DNA of 64,000 bases from assembly GCA_965140445.1 (NCBI GenBank), contig OZ223236.1, positions 2,912,001 to 2,976,000 on the forward strand. Reading direction: 5' to 3'. Position numbers and translations under genes: made by a program. Origin of the DNA: Candidatus Ozemobacteraceae bacterium (GTDB lineage Bacteria; Muiribacteriota; Ozemobacteria; Ozemobacterales; Ozemobacteraceae). Below are positions 55,110 to 64,000 of the stretch, in pieces. Each line of letters opens with the position of its first letter. The first letter of the stretch is position 1. Under the pieces are notes generated by a model. That model was given only the letters and a program-made list of their open reading frames with translations, was not told the origin of the DNA and made no database searches.

Positions 55110-57218
55110 CTAATTCTTTAATTTTTTTTCAGCTTCAAGTTTTAATTCTGGTGATGGTGAAGAGTCCAAAACCTGCTGCCACATTGCCAGTGATTTTTTA
55201 AGATTGTCTTTGCTTTCGTAAGCTTTTGCGGCTTCTGCATAGGCTTCTGCTGCAAGATTGCTTTGTGGATACAAAACTGGAACCTTGAGAATTGCAAGAA
55301 TACCTTCATCAATATCTTTGTTAGCTATCAATGATTTTCCAAGCCAAAGTTGACTTTCCGGGATTGCGGCGTCAGTTGATGGATAATCCTTCAAAAGCTT
55401 TTTAAAAGTTTCTATGGCTGCCGGGTAATCGCCGGTCATATACAATGAAATTCCTGTTGCTCTCTTGGCTCTTGAAGCAAGAGGGTGGGTTGGTTCTTCG
55501 GCAACAATCGCTTTGTAATGCTGGATTGCCAATGGGTAGTTTTTTAAAGATCTTGCTATTTCGGCAATCTGAAATCTGGATTCCTGTCTAAAGTACCCCT
55601 TTGCATCACCGAGCTGAGAAAAGGCCGCCAAAGCCTGTCCTTGATCTTTTATCTCAAGAAAGCAGAGACCCTTTTTAAAGATGGCATCTTCTCTAAGTTT
55701 GCCTTCGGGGTATGTGTCGAGGTAGGCATTAAATCTTTCAATTGCATCAGGGTACCGCGCAGCTTTCATGAGAACTTCACCAGCCCTGAATAAAGCCTGA
55801 GAAGATAGCTCCTGATTTCCCTTTGCAATAGTTTCAAAAGCTGCGAGAGCTTCGGCATAGCTATTGGTCATATAGGCCAGTTCGCCAAGCTGATAAAGGG
55901 CATCGTATTTGGTTTTTCCTGTTGGAAACAACTTGAGCAACTTGCTGAAGTTATCACCTGCCAGCTTAATATTGCCAAGATTGAAATAGCATTCACCAAT
56001 TCGATAAATTGCTTTTTCTCTGATTTCAGGGTCGGTTTTGTCGGAATTAATTTTTTCAAATTCTTTCAAAGCCTCTGGAAATTTACTCATTGCTACATAA
56101 GACAGGCCGATCTGATAAATCGTTTCATCAATACGAAGGCTTTTTGGAAACATTTTCTGGAAGCTTTCGTATGTACGGATACTATCTGTAAATTCGCCTG
56201 TTCTTGATTGAGCAAGGCCTTTTAAATAAAGAAGCTGTTCTTTGTCCTTTTTGTTTACGATTTCAATGGCGGTTGTCATCCACTTTATCGCTTCAGGGTA
56301 CTGATGCATATTCATCAGAAGATCGATCAGATTCTTTGCAGCTTCTTTTCGAACTACTGAATTGGGCATTTCGGTCAATCTTTTAAAGATCTTAAGTGCT
56401 TCATCAGGATTTTTAAGTTTAATGTTGCACCATGCCAACGAATAGCTGGCTTTTTGCGAAATAACAGAATTAGGGTCCTGGGCGATGGTTTTTCCATACC
56501 AGTTTTTAGCTTCATCGAATTTTCGTGCTCTAAAATTGGACTCTGCGACATAAAACAACAGGGGCTGCTTCTTCTCTTCAGGACAAAGAGGAAGGGCTTG
56601 TTCAAAGTGCTTTAATGCCTGAGGAAAAATACTTTTGTTGAATTTCCCGATTCCGGCTTGCAGGTGGCACTCGTATTTTTGGGTATCAGTTAATTCAGGT
56701 TGGGCGAGCAGTGATTCGTAGGTGTCAATAACCGACTGTCCATCCATTGAATACTTAACCATAAGAAAGCCGCGTTTCATATTTGCGTCAATCCAAAGCT
56801 GGGGATCGGTTTTTCTAACTCTTGCAAAAGCTTCTACTGCGGATTTTGGGTTGTTATCCCTTGAATGTGCCCAACCAAGTCCATAAGCAGCTCTGTCGTA
56901 AAAAATACTGTTTGGATATGATTTGAGAAGTTTGTCATACAAGCCGATTGATTTAAGCCAGTTTTTTTGTCGGTATTCACATTCTGCAAGCCAAAATAAT
57001 GCACCATCAGCCTGAGAAAAAACTGCAGGCTCAGACAATATTCGGTTTAAAACTTTTCCAGCTTCTTCATAGAGGTGCCTTTGGATGAGCCCAAGAGCAT
57101 ATTTGTATTGCTCTGTTTGTTCAGGGGTGTCTGCTCGCAAAAGCATAGGACTGGTTACAAAAAAAACACTTAAAGCAAAAATCAAAATTTGCTTTGGTAA
57201 GGCAAAATTCTTGTTCAT
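55110..57218 (-). CDS. Secreted multi-TPR protein (CpoB/BamD-like repeats)
   Basis: Signal peptide; many TPRs such as ALFWLAECEY, AIYRIGECYF, LLKDYPS. Confidence 0.85.
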   Translation of the reverse strand: MNKNFALPKQILIFALSVFFVTSPMLLRADTPEQTEQYKYALGLIQRHLYEEAGKVLNRILSEPAVFSQADGALFWLAECEYRQKNWLKSIGLYDKLLKSYPNSIFYDRAAYGLGWAHSRDNNPKSAVEAFARVRKTDPQLWIDANMKRGFLMVKYSMDGQSVIDTYESLLAQPELTDTQKYECHLQAGIGKFNKSIFPQALKHFEQALPLCPEEKKQPLLFYVAESNFRARKFDEAKNWYGKTIAQDPNSVISQKASYSLAWCNIKLKNPDEALKIFKRLTEMPNSVVRKEAAKNLIDLLMNMHQYPEAIKWMTTAIEIVNKKDKEQLLYLKGLAQSRTGEFTDSIRTYESFQKMFPKSLRIDETIYQIGLSYVAMSKFPEALKEFEKINSDKTDPEIREKAIYRIGECYFNLGNIKLAGDNFSKLLKLFPTGKTKYDALYQLGELAYMTNSYAEALAAFETIAKGNQELSSQALFRAGEVLMKAARYPDAIERFNAYLDTYPEGKLREDAIFKKGLCFLEIKDQGQALAAFSQLGDAKGYFRQESRFQIAEIARSLKNYPLAIQHYKAIVAEEPTHPLASRAKRATGISLYMTGDYPAAIETFKKLLKDYPSTDAAIPESQLWLGKSLIANKDIDEGILAILKVPVLYPQSNLAAEAYAEAAKAYESKDNLKKSLAMWQQVLDSSPSPELKLEAEKKLKN

Positions 57219-57246
57219 TCAGCAATCCACTTTCTTTAGAATTATC

Positions 57247-57411
57247 TTATTTATCTTCAGGCTCTTCTTTTTTGGGGCCATCTTTCTGGGCATCTTTAAA
57301 TTCTCTAATTCCGCGTCCGAGGGCTTTTCCTATTTCAGGTAATTTGCCGGGACCGAATAGAATCAGAATGATAACCAGAATAACGATTAACTCAGTAAAT
57401 CCTATTCCCAT
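57247..57411 (-). CDS. tatA: Twin-arginine translocase TatA/E, 54 aa (missed by ORF track)
   Basis: [39 protein letters not shown]...; GGAGG RBS. Confidence 0.92.
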   Translation of the reverse strand: MGIGFTELIVILVIILILFGPGKLPEIGKALGRGIREFKDAQKDGPKKEEPEDK

Positions 57412-57503
57412 TTTTCCCTCCATGAGGCGTTGGCTTAATATTCAGTATCAGATTCTAGCACGGTGAATCTCTATCATCAAGGGCGAAAGGGAATCAATAT
57501 AGA

Positions 57504-57532
57504 TTGACAAAGTATTTTCCCTGAATTACCCT
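57504..57532 (+). promoter_or_regulatory. sigma70 promoter, probably leaderless
   Basis: TTGACA-17 nt-TACCCT-6 nt-ATG 57539. Confidence 0.65.
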
Positions 57533-57538
57533 GAAACT

Positions 57539-59104
57539 ATGGTAAAAACAATAGCAAGGACATATGTATATCCTTTTATATTTCTTGTGTTACTGGTCTC
57601 TGCGCCAATCTTTTGTCAGGCGCAAGTTGTTGACGCCAACGCTTTGTTAGTCGATATTCCAGAGCCCCCTGGCGCGAGATCAGAACTCCCTTCACCCGTT
57701 CCAATGGTCTATGAATTCATGGGCGGTGTTATGGATGGCGAATATGATAAATGTCTATCAAATTTCCATGTAAGGTCTTTTTTGGAGATCTTGTTTGGAA
57801 GGCAATTATCGCGTTTGTCGCCCGCTGAAAGTCAGGAGCTTTACTCCTACCAGGTGCAGACTCACAGAAACGAATTCAGATTCCTCGCTGGAATAATGAA
57901 TCGAGTCGCAAAAGGTGCCAAGATTAGCTATTCGGACCCTCGATATCACAAGAAAGTTCAGGCTAAAATTGTTATTAGATTGCATACCACCAAAGGCAAG
58001 TTTGAATTTGTAGTTTACTGTCGATTTGCAGAAGAAAGATGGTGGGTATACGACTACATTCTTAACGGACAAAGACTTAGCCATGTTTTCAGATCCGCTC
58101 TTAAGAATGTTAGAGTTAATACATATACCAACAGTTTAAAACCTTTCTATAAAGATAAAAGAGGATTCAGGCCAATTCGTAATAAAGAATACGATTTGAG
58201 CATTTATGTGCCAAACACATTCAAAATAAAAGAAAAGGTTAGTCCAGCTTTGCTTGCTGCTGTAAGTGCATTCGGAGGGCAGTTCCTTCTGCATATTCAG
58301 GCCGCTCAATATGATGAACCTCAAACGCTTTCACAGGTTGGGCAGTCTATTAAAGACAGTTTGATGCCTTTCCAGCCACGTTTGTATGATCAATGGAAAT
58401 CAGAATTAGCGGGCGTTGAAATTGGCCATGTTTTATTCCATTTCCTCAAGGGCGGAAAGAGACTTTATACTCACATGGTTATTGTTCCATTGGGTAAAAA
58501 GCTTATCGTATTAAATTTTTATCACAACAGTCTGCAGATGCTTAAGCATATGACTAATCTTCGAGAAAAAATGATCGAAAGTCTTGCATTACCAAAAATT
58601 GAAGCTTCAGGTGGAGTTTTGCCGGGTGAATTCCCTGATGAAATTACTCTGAATGCCAGTAATGACTTCGGCAGCCTCGAAAGCGGAAATGATTTTGGTG
58701 GCAACGATATTAAGGTCTCATCTGATATGCCTTCAGAATTAGAACCACCTTCCGGATTCGATGTTGATGATGATAATTATGTTGATGAATTCTCTGATCC
58801 TTCCAACCTGGATCCAGGTGAATCAGAAATTCCACCTCCAACTGAAGATGAAGCTGCTGGAATGCTAACTCCTGATAGTTACGGTTCTGGCGGCGGAAAT
58901 GATGATTATCCAGAGCCTCCTCCACCGCCACCACTTGATGATGAAGACATGGGAGTTGCTCAGGATAATACCTATGGCGGCGACGATGAAATCCCACCGC
59001 CTCCACCTCCTGGAAGCTACGGAGATGGCAGTGGCTCAGTTGGCGGAGATGACGATGATTACTTCACTCCAGAGCCGGGCGAAGGAAGCGAAGTTTCATT
59101 TTAA
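57539..59104 (+). CDS. Secreted protein with MlaC-like domain, second globular domain and acidic Pro-rich tail
   Basis: WWVYDYILNGQRLSHVFRS resembles the MlaC motif; last ~150 aa D/E/G/P-rich with PPPPPP. Confidence 0.55.
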   Translation: MVKTIARTYVYPFIFLVLLVSAPIFCQAQVVDANALLVDIPEPPGARSELPSPVPMVYEFMGGVMDGEYDKCLSNFHVRSFLEILFGRQLSRLSPAESQELYSYQVQTHRNEFRFLAGIMNRVAKGAKISYSDPRYHKKVQAKIVIRLHTTKGKFEFVVYCRFAEERWWVYDYILNGQRLSHVFRSALKNVRVNTYTNSLKPFYKDKRGFRPIRNKEYDLSIYVPNTFKIKEKVSPALLAAVSAFGGQFLLHIQAAQYDEPQTLSQVGQSIKDSLMPFQPRLYDQWKSELAGVEIGHVLFHFLKGGKRLYTHMVIVPLGKKLIVLNFYHNSLQMLKHMTNLREKMIESLALPKIEASGGVLPGEFPDEITLNASNDFGSLESGNDFGGNDIKVSSDMPSELEPPSGFDVDDDNYVDEFSDPSNLDPGESEIPPPTEDEAAGMLTPDSYGSGGGNDDYPEPPPPPPLDDEDMGVAQDNTYGGDDEIPPPPPPGSYGDGSGSVGGDDDDYFTPEPGEGSEVSF

Positions 59105-59112
59105 ACCAGCAT

Positions 59113-59155
59113 AAAAAAACGAGGGCTGAATTTAATTTCAGCCCTCGTTTTTTTT
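59113..59155. terminator. Bidirectional intrinsic terminator
   Basis: AAAAAAACGAGGGCTGAA...TTCAGCCCTCGTTTTTTTT between convergent genes. Confidence 0.9.
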
Positions 59156-59162
59156 ACGCCAA

Positions 59163-59188
59163 TAATTATGGGGACACCTTACTTAATT
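59163..59188 (+). repeat. Single REP-like copy
   Basis: TAATTATGGGGACACCTTACTTAATT, identical to the left arm at 51040. Confidence 0.88.
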
Positions 59189-59213
59189 ATCTGGTTTTGT
59201 TAATTTGAAACTA

Positions 59214-59789
59214 CTATTTTTTCTTGGCCAGATTCATAGGACCGTTTGGAAATGGTCTGTGCTGCTTGTTGAAAATGGCTTGATAAGAGTATTTTACGTC
59301 TTCAAGGGTGAAAAAAGCATGAGGATCAATTTCTTTAATCGTGGAAATCAACTCTGGAATTACCCGTCTTTTTTCTACAACTAGCACTATTTCAACAGGA
59401 AGGGAATTCTCACCAATTGCCGGCAAGCTTGTCACTGTGTAATTTAGTTTCCTTAACTCAGTTGCAAGATGAATCTTGGAGTTCTCAGAAATCGCCCGCA
59501 CCAGCTGAACGCCCATAGCAATTTTTCCCTCAAACCAGATCCCAATATAGTTGCCAGCTGCGAATCCAGCCGCATAAGAAACCGCTAGATACCAGTGCTG
59601 AAGGTTAGTGATAACCTTACTGGCTGCAGCCAACCAGATTAAGACTTCAAAGAAGCCTGCAACCGCAGCAATGAGGCGATAGCCCCTAAATACCATTATT
59701 GTTCTGATGGTTCCAAGGGATACATCAAGGATGCGAGCGAAAAATATGGCAAGGCAAAGGAGTAGGGGATTAGCTAATAGAGTTTCCAT
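59214..59789 (-). CDS. DUF2179/UPF0316 membrane protein
   Basis: ARILDVSLGTIR, GFFEVLIW, YAAGFAAGNYIG, IDPHAF. Confidence 0.88.
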   Translation of the reverse strand: METLLANPLLLCLAIFFARILDVSLGTIRTIMVFRGYRLIAAVAGFFEVLIWLAAASKVITNLQHWYLAVSYAAGFAAGNYIGIWFEGKIAMGVQLVRAISENSKIHLATELRKLNYTVTSLPAIGENSLPVEIVLVVEKRRVIPELISTIKEIDPHAFFTLEDVKYSYQAIFNKQHRPFPNGPMNLAKKK

Positions 59790-60147
59790 TTGATTCCTTT
59801 TAGGTCGAAAATTTGTTGCGAAGATTGTAACCTTAAAAGGAGAATTTTGCTACGCTCAGTTTTTATTCGTTCTTTCGTATGCTTTCAGCATTTTCTCAAG
59901 TTCTTCATTGGTCGAAGTATACTTTTTTATATAGTGATTTAGGTGTAATTCCAGTGAAAATGTGCCTTCATACAGAATATTTTTGGGGAACAAAGTTTAA
60001 GATTTAATTTTGGTTAGGTGCATCAGAAGAGATTTAAACTACTCCTTCACCAAAGAACGATAGACAGTTTGCATTTTAGCCTGCTTGAAATTTCCAGAAA
60101 AACACGTAAAATCTGGGAATACATTTGTCAACATTAAGGATTTTTAC

Positions 60148-60600
60148 ATGTTCATAATTATTATGCTGGTAAATGCCTCTGCATTTTATTTTATTCCGAA
60201 TATTCTGTCTGGTATTGAAACCAATAAAGATAAGTGGTTTGTGGGAGCCGGTATTGTTTATGGCGTCCTACAAACAATATTAACTGTATTTTTGTCCCCT
60301 ATGATTTTAGTGTGGCTTTCTGTGTTGCTAGCAAGTTTTGATCCGGGAATCATAATATTTATTTTCTTACCTGCGGCTGCTTTATTAGTGAGCTTTTCAA
60401 TGTCCTGTCTTTTTTTAACCCTACTTAATAAATCGAAGATTAACTTTACAATCAAGCCAATGCCGGTTTTGTTAAAAACAGCCTTGTTTCTTACGTTAGT
60501 TAGTATAGGGCAGTATTATCTGTATTTTTATTTGTGGAAAGCTTATTGCGCCAGCCAATCTGTGCCAAATTATGGCCCTCGCATTGAAAATTTTAAATAA
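60148..60600 (+). CDS. Four-TM membrane protein, possibly phage-holin-4/YvlD-like
   Basis: Four hydrophobic helices, LVNASAFYFIPNILSGI; ATG 60148 with AAGGA. Confidence 0.45.
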   Translation: MFIIIMLVNASAFYFIPNILSGIETNKDKWFVGAGIVYGVLQTILTVFLSPMILVWLSVLLASFDPGIIIFIFLPAAALLVSFSMSCLFLTLLNKSKINFTIKPMPVLLKTALFLTLVSIGQYYLYFYLWKAYCASQSVPNYGPRIENFK

Positions 60601-61207
60601 ATAACAATCCGGCAACAATGTGCCAGATGTTTCTTATTGCGCTCAACCTAATGTGTAAAGGACTTATAAAAACTAGAGGAAACCTCGTAAGAATTTAGGC
60701 TTTTTGCTTTCTTAGGGTTTTAGTTCTCTGACTGAGAGTCTGAAAAAAAATTCTTAAAGGCTTCGGCAACATCATCTTTGGGCCATCCTGCCAAAATTAA
60801 CAAGAGCGTATATAGGCGCTATTATAATAAATAACCGCGATAATGAAATCTCTTACCCACAAACGCTTTTTTATAGGAATTACAGGAAAATCTTCTAAAT
60901 ACAATTCCCAATATCTATAAAAACCTAATATCAGTCCGCAGAAAACAGGAACGTTATAAAGAATATTCCAAGGTATTTCCAGATTCCCTTTTGTTCTGGT
61001 TTGGTGAAATTCGTTACCTGGTTGTTGAACATGTAGAATTTCATCATTAATAATAAAGCGGAGGGGATAAGCTTCTTTATATGGATTAGTATATGATTAA
61101 TTTAATACAAGTCTTTTCTAACTTTTCTGGTCAATTTTTTTTGTTACCAACCATAAATGTGTTACGTATTTATTAAAACATATCAATGAGAGAGGTTGTA
61201 CATTAAA

Positions 61208-62047
61208 ATGAAACTATCAATCAGAGGTTTACTGGTTATAGCATTCCTGAGTATTTTCTTTGGAACGATCCTGGATATATCTTTTGCTGATAACGTCAAC
61301 CAGGTGCAAATTAAGGAGAAGGCCATGAAAAACATCAAATTGAAAGACCTGAATGTGGTGGGTATCTATGTTGAAAATTTAGATGAGGCTCTGAAATTTT
61401 ATGTTGAGCTTTTGGGTATGAAAAAAATCAGAAAGCTGGGATCTGGTTGGCTGCTTCGTGCAGACGGACTAGTGAACGGTGATCTTTCAATTTATATTGA
61501 AGGTGGTCGAAAAAGAACTAATCCCAATACTGATCCTTTAACTGAAAGCGGTTTAACTCTTTGCTTTTCAACCGTAGAAGGAATCAAGAATACATATGAA
61601 AAACTTAAGGCAGCCAATGTAAAAATGGTTGGAGAATATCAGGACTATGGTGAAGAATATCATATGTTTTCCTGTGTTGATCCAAGTGGCAATATTATTG
61701 AGTTTTCCGGGAATGGCAATCCAGTCGAGAATAAGAGCTCTGATGCCAAAAATCCTCCCAAACCTCGTTTTGTAATTTTCCATTCCCCTGGTAAAAACTG
61801 GCCAGAGAAAGGCCTTAGCCTTGATCATCCAATTGTTAAAGAACACGCCGGATACTTTGCAGAATTGAAAAAGCAGGGCCTCATTGAAAGAGGCGGTCCT
61901 TTCCCTGGTAAGGCTGGTGGCATGATGATTTTCCGTCCTGGCTTAGAAGAGGAACAAATTGAGAAAATCGCCAAAAAAGACCCAGGAGTTGTAAAAGGAA
62001 TTTTGCAATTTCAGCTTAAGCCCTGGATTGATATATTTGGGGAATAG
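61208..62047 (+). CDS. VOC/glyoxalase domain fused to YciI-like domain
   Basis: IYVENLDEALKFYVELLG...DPSGNIIEF; H...L...GGPF...GGMMIF...DP..KG...KPW; alternative start 61325. Confidence 0.78.
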   Translation: MKLSIRGLLVIAFLSIFFGTILDISFADNVNQVQIKEKAMKNIKLKDLNVVGIYVENLDEALKFYVELLGMKKIRKLGSGWLLRADGLVNGDLSIYIEGGRKRTNPNTDPLTESGLTLCFSTVEGIKNTYEKLKAANVKMVGEYQDYGEEYHMFSCVDPSGNIIEFSGNGNPVENKSSDAKNPPKPRFVIFHSPGKNWPEKGLSLDHPIVKEHAGYFAELKKQGLIERGGPFPGKAGGMMIFRPGLEEEQIEKIAKKDPGVVKGILQFQLKPWIDIFGE

Positions 62048-62191
62048 CAGCTTAATTTATAACCAAAAAACAGGAAACTTGAGAATCATGTTAACTTGAT
62101 TTTGTCCATGCCTTAAGTTGGGTTGCTTTACTTTCCTTATTGTATTTTGAAGTTTCAGCATTGTATTTTTGGGTAACTTTGATTTTACTGG

Positions 62192-62230
62192 AATGAAAAG
62201 GGACCGTCAAAAAGACGATCCCTTTTCATT
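62192..62230. terminator. Hairpin/terminator between convergent genes
   Basis: AATGAAAAGGGACCGTC-AAAAA-GACGATCCCTTTTCATT. Confidence 0.7.
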
Positions 62231-62252
62231 GTAATCTTTATCTTAATTACAT

Positions 62253-64000
62253 TTATTTTTTAACACCAAAAGTAAAAAAACGACCATCGATAGGATTATT
62301 TACATATTTGGTCGTTATGCAAAATAATTCGCCTGATGCATCGATGCTGCCGTAATTCGATTCAGGAGCAACAGGAATAGATATTATACCTGAATTAACA
62401 GTGTAATTTTCTGTATACATACCAAATAAGTTTGTGCTTTCGGTTTTTACGTCAAGCCCTGTGAAACTACTACCATCAGAACTGACAAAAGAGCTTGCAG
62501 AGTAAGAACTATAGCTGCCGTTATACACCCCTGCATTTATTGCCACACGAAGATAGTTGCCATTAAAGGAGCCACTACCTTCTCTAATACCGATTGTCAT
62601 ATCACAATAATTGCCCTGAACATAAGCTATACGCACAAACACGTTTCCGTCCGCTGAAACCTGAGTGAATGAATTTGTCTCAGAGCCAGCTATTGTAACT
62701 GTTCCGTCTGACGAAATGGAGTAATTACCATTGCTCAGGCTACTATCGTATTCTGAATAAGGGTCAAAGAGTGATTGCCTGGTAAAATTTCCATTGCTGA
62801 AGGTCATCGTGTAAGCTTGAGTTGTAGCTCTTAACGGTGTAAAAGCGGCATCTATATCATCAGAGCATTCATAAACTCTGTAAGTTCCGTTTAGAGTTGT
62901 GGTATTAGCAGACGTTGCCTTTTTTATAAACAAGCCCACATAAGGATCTTGACTCTGCCAATTATGTATAATGGCATAATTGCCTGATGGAGAAACCAGT
63001 CCGCGTTTTGTAGTGCTTCCATTAATGGAAAGTTCGCCATCAGTTTCTATTATTGTATTTGTGAACTGTTCTCCGGTAGAAGGAACTTTTTCGATGCCAG
63101 TGGCTTGATCGCCTGAAACCGAAACTTCTTCCATGGAACACCAGCGCATTTCATTTCCGGTGCCGGCGCTGAAAGAGAATAGACGGTAATCACCGACTAA
63201 ACGCTTCTTGTATGCTACTGGTGTTGAAGAATCCAGAACTTCCCAGGAATAGGTGAGAGTGTTTTGTCCAAAGTTATTATCCTGTTGCATGCCTTTAACG
63301 ATTAAACTGTGCTGACCAACAGAAAGATTGCTAAGATTCAGGGCAACACCAATTGACAACAAATCACTCCAGGTTCCGCCATCCAATTGATAGGCGAAAC
63401 TGACATAACCGGCACCTGCCGCAAGAAAGGTCGCTGAAGTTGAATTTGTTTCTTTATCGGGGTTGTTAAGCAAAATGGGAGCAGGAGCTGCTTCATTTGC
63501 CCTATAGCGAGAAATTGCTGAAACAACGTCAGATTCAGGAGAAATACCAGATTCATTCTCTGCTACAAGAATATAAGAATAGGTTTGCCCCCCTTGAAGA
63601 CTATTATGCTTAAAAGGGCTGGTGACGCCGGCGAGTTTAAATCCGGAGAAAGTGTTTACTGAGTTCAGACCAAAATAAAGTGTATAGCTTTTAGCTCCAG
63701 CAACAGGTTCCCATTCAAGAATAACTTCATACTCTCCGGAAGTGGCTTTTAATCCAGTCGGTTTTCCAGGGGCTGTTGCAGGAGTCGCATTTACAACGGC
63801 AGATTCTGCAGACTCTCCTAATGAATTTGCAGCAGTAATTATATAGTAATATGTTTCACCATTTATCAGACCCTGATGAATATATGGTGGGATAATATTT
63901 TCAATTTTTGTGCCATTAACCTTGCTTATATCTGGTTGTTTGCCATAGTAAATATTGTATTCTGAAACACCAGGAGTCTGAATCCATGAAATGCTGACAG
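62253..64000 (-). CDS. Large extracellular protein with fibronectin type III repeats, 5' end outside the window
   Basis: Frame open from the window end: ISW...YNIYY...GLINGETYYYIITAAN..GES; second FN3 LEW...YTLYF; then Ig-like and beta-rich repeats. Confidence 0.8.
   Translation of the reverse strand, partial: VSISWIQTPGVSEYNIYYGKQPDISKVNGTKIENIIPPYIHQGLINGETYYYIITAANSLGESAESAVVNATPATAPGKPTGLKATSGEYEVILEWEPVAGAKSYTLYFGLNSVNTFSGFKLAGVTSPFKHNSLQGGQTYSYILVAENESGISPESDVVSAISRYRANEAAPAPILLNNPDKETNSTSATFLAAGAGYVSFAYQLDGGTWSDLLSIGVALNLSNLSVGQHSLIVKGMQQDNNFGQNTLTYSWEVLDSSTPVAYKKRLVGDYRLFSFSAGTGNEMRWCSMEEVSVSGDQATGIEKVPSTGEQFTNTIIETDGELSINGSTTKRGLVSPSGNYAIIHNWQSQDPYVGLFIKKATSANTTTLNGTYRVYECSDDIDAAFTPLRATTQAYTMTFSNGNFTRQSLFDPYSEYDSSLSNGNYSISSDGTVTIAGSETNSFTQVSADGNVFVRIAYVQGNYCDMTIGIREGSGSFNGNYLRVAINAGVYNGSYSSYSASSFVSSDGSSFTGLDVKTESTNLFGMYTENYTVNSGIISIPVAPESNYGSIDASGELFCITTKYVNNPIDGRFFTFGVKK

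Noticed and set aside
44675..59188. Repeats considered as a CRISPR array
   Set aside because: Spacing is kilobases and irregular, with whole genes in between; no cas genes
59850..60000. Short minus-strand frame (KNILYEGTFSLELHLNHY...)
   Set aside because: No convincing start or family; at most a gene remnant
60720..60975. Possible frameshifted small membrane-protein remnant on the minus strand
   Set aside because: Short, with no identifiable homology
63588..63593. G6 tract in the FN3 gene as a phase-variation site
   Set aside because: Only 6 nt and the frame is intact
1..64000. tRNA, rRNA or riboswitch genes
   Set aside because: None recognised in the intergenic regions by eye; an Infernal/tRNAscan run would be needed to exclude them

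Overview
Bacterial chromosomal window from a diderm organism (TonB/ExbBD, outer-membrane barrel, Tat); moderately AT-rich. The gene style recalls Candidatus Riflebacteria, but this is unverified. Layout: (1) 1-8.9 kb, a type IV filament/T2SS-like locus with four tandem PilT-family ATPases (two intact, two with destroyed catalytic motifs), two HEAT-repeat proteins and two pseudopilins. (2) 8.9-22.5 kb, minus-strand housekeeping genes: HU, recN, SpoIID, metal permease, Ktr/Trk K+ uptake with an output-less HAMP-PAS sensor, rlmE, 5'-nucleotidase and a CofG-like radical SAM-thioesterase fusion. (3) 22.6-30.6 kb, a MoxR/Bat operon. (4) 30.6-35.5 kb, a degenerate GGDEF protein, ECF sigma/anti-sigma, murB and a cyclophilin. 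(5) about 35.6-51.1 kb, an accessory/defence hotspot: Lamassu (ABC-3C) system, truncated tyrosine integrase, a ParB/DUF262-like plus HEPN two-gene module inside 33-bp direct repeats, a K+ channel, integron attC-like relics, and modules separated by decayed copies of the fic 3' end plus a REP-like motif. (6) 51-59 kb, tatA-TPR-barrel-exbBD-tonB and an MlaC-like protein. (7) 59-64 kb, small accessory genes and the end of an FN3 surface protein. Several genes look leaderless. I recognised no rRNA, tRNA or CRISPR array. All protein calls come from motif recognition by eye, not database searches.
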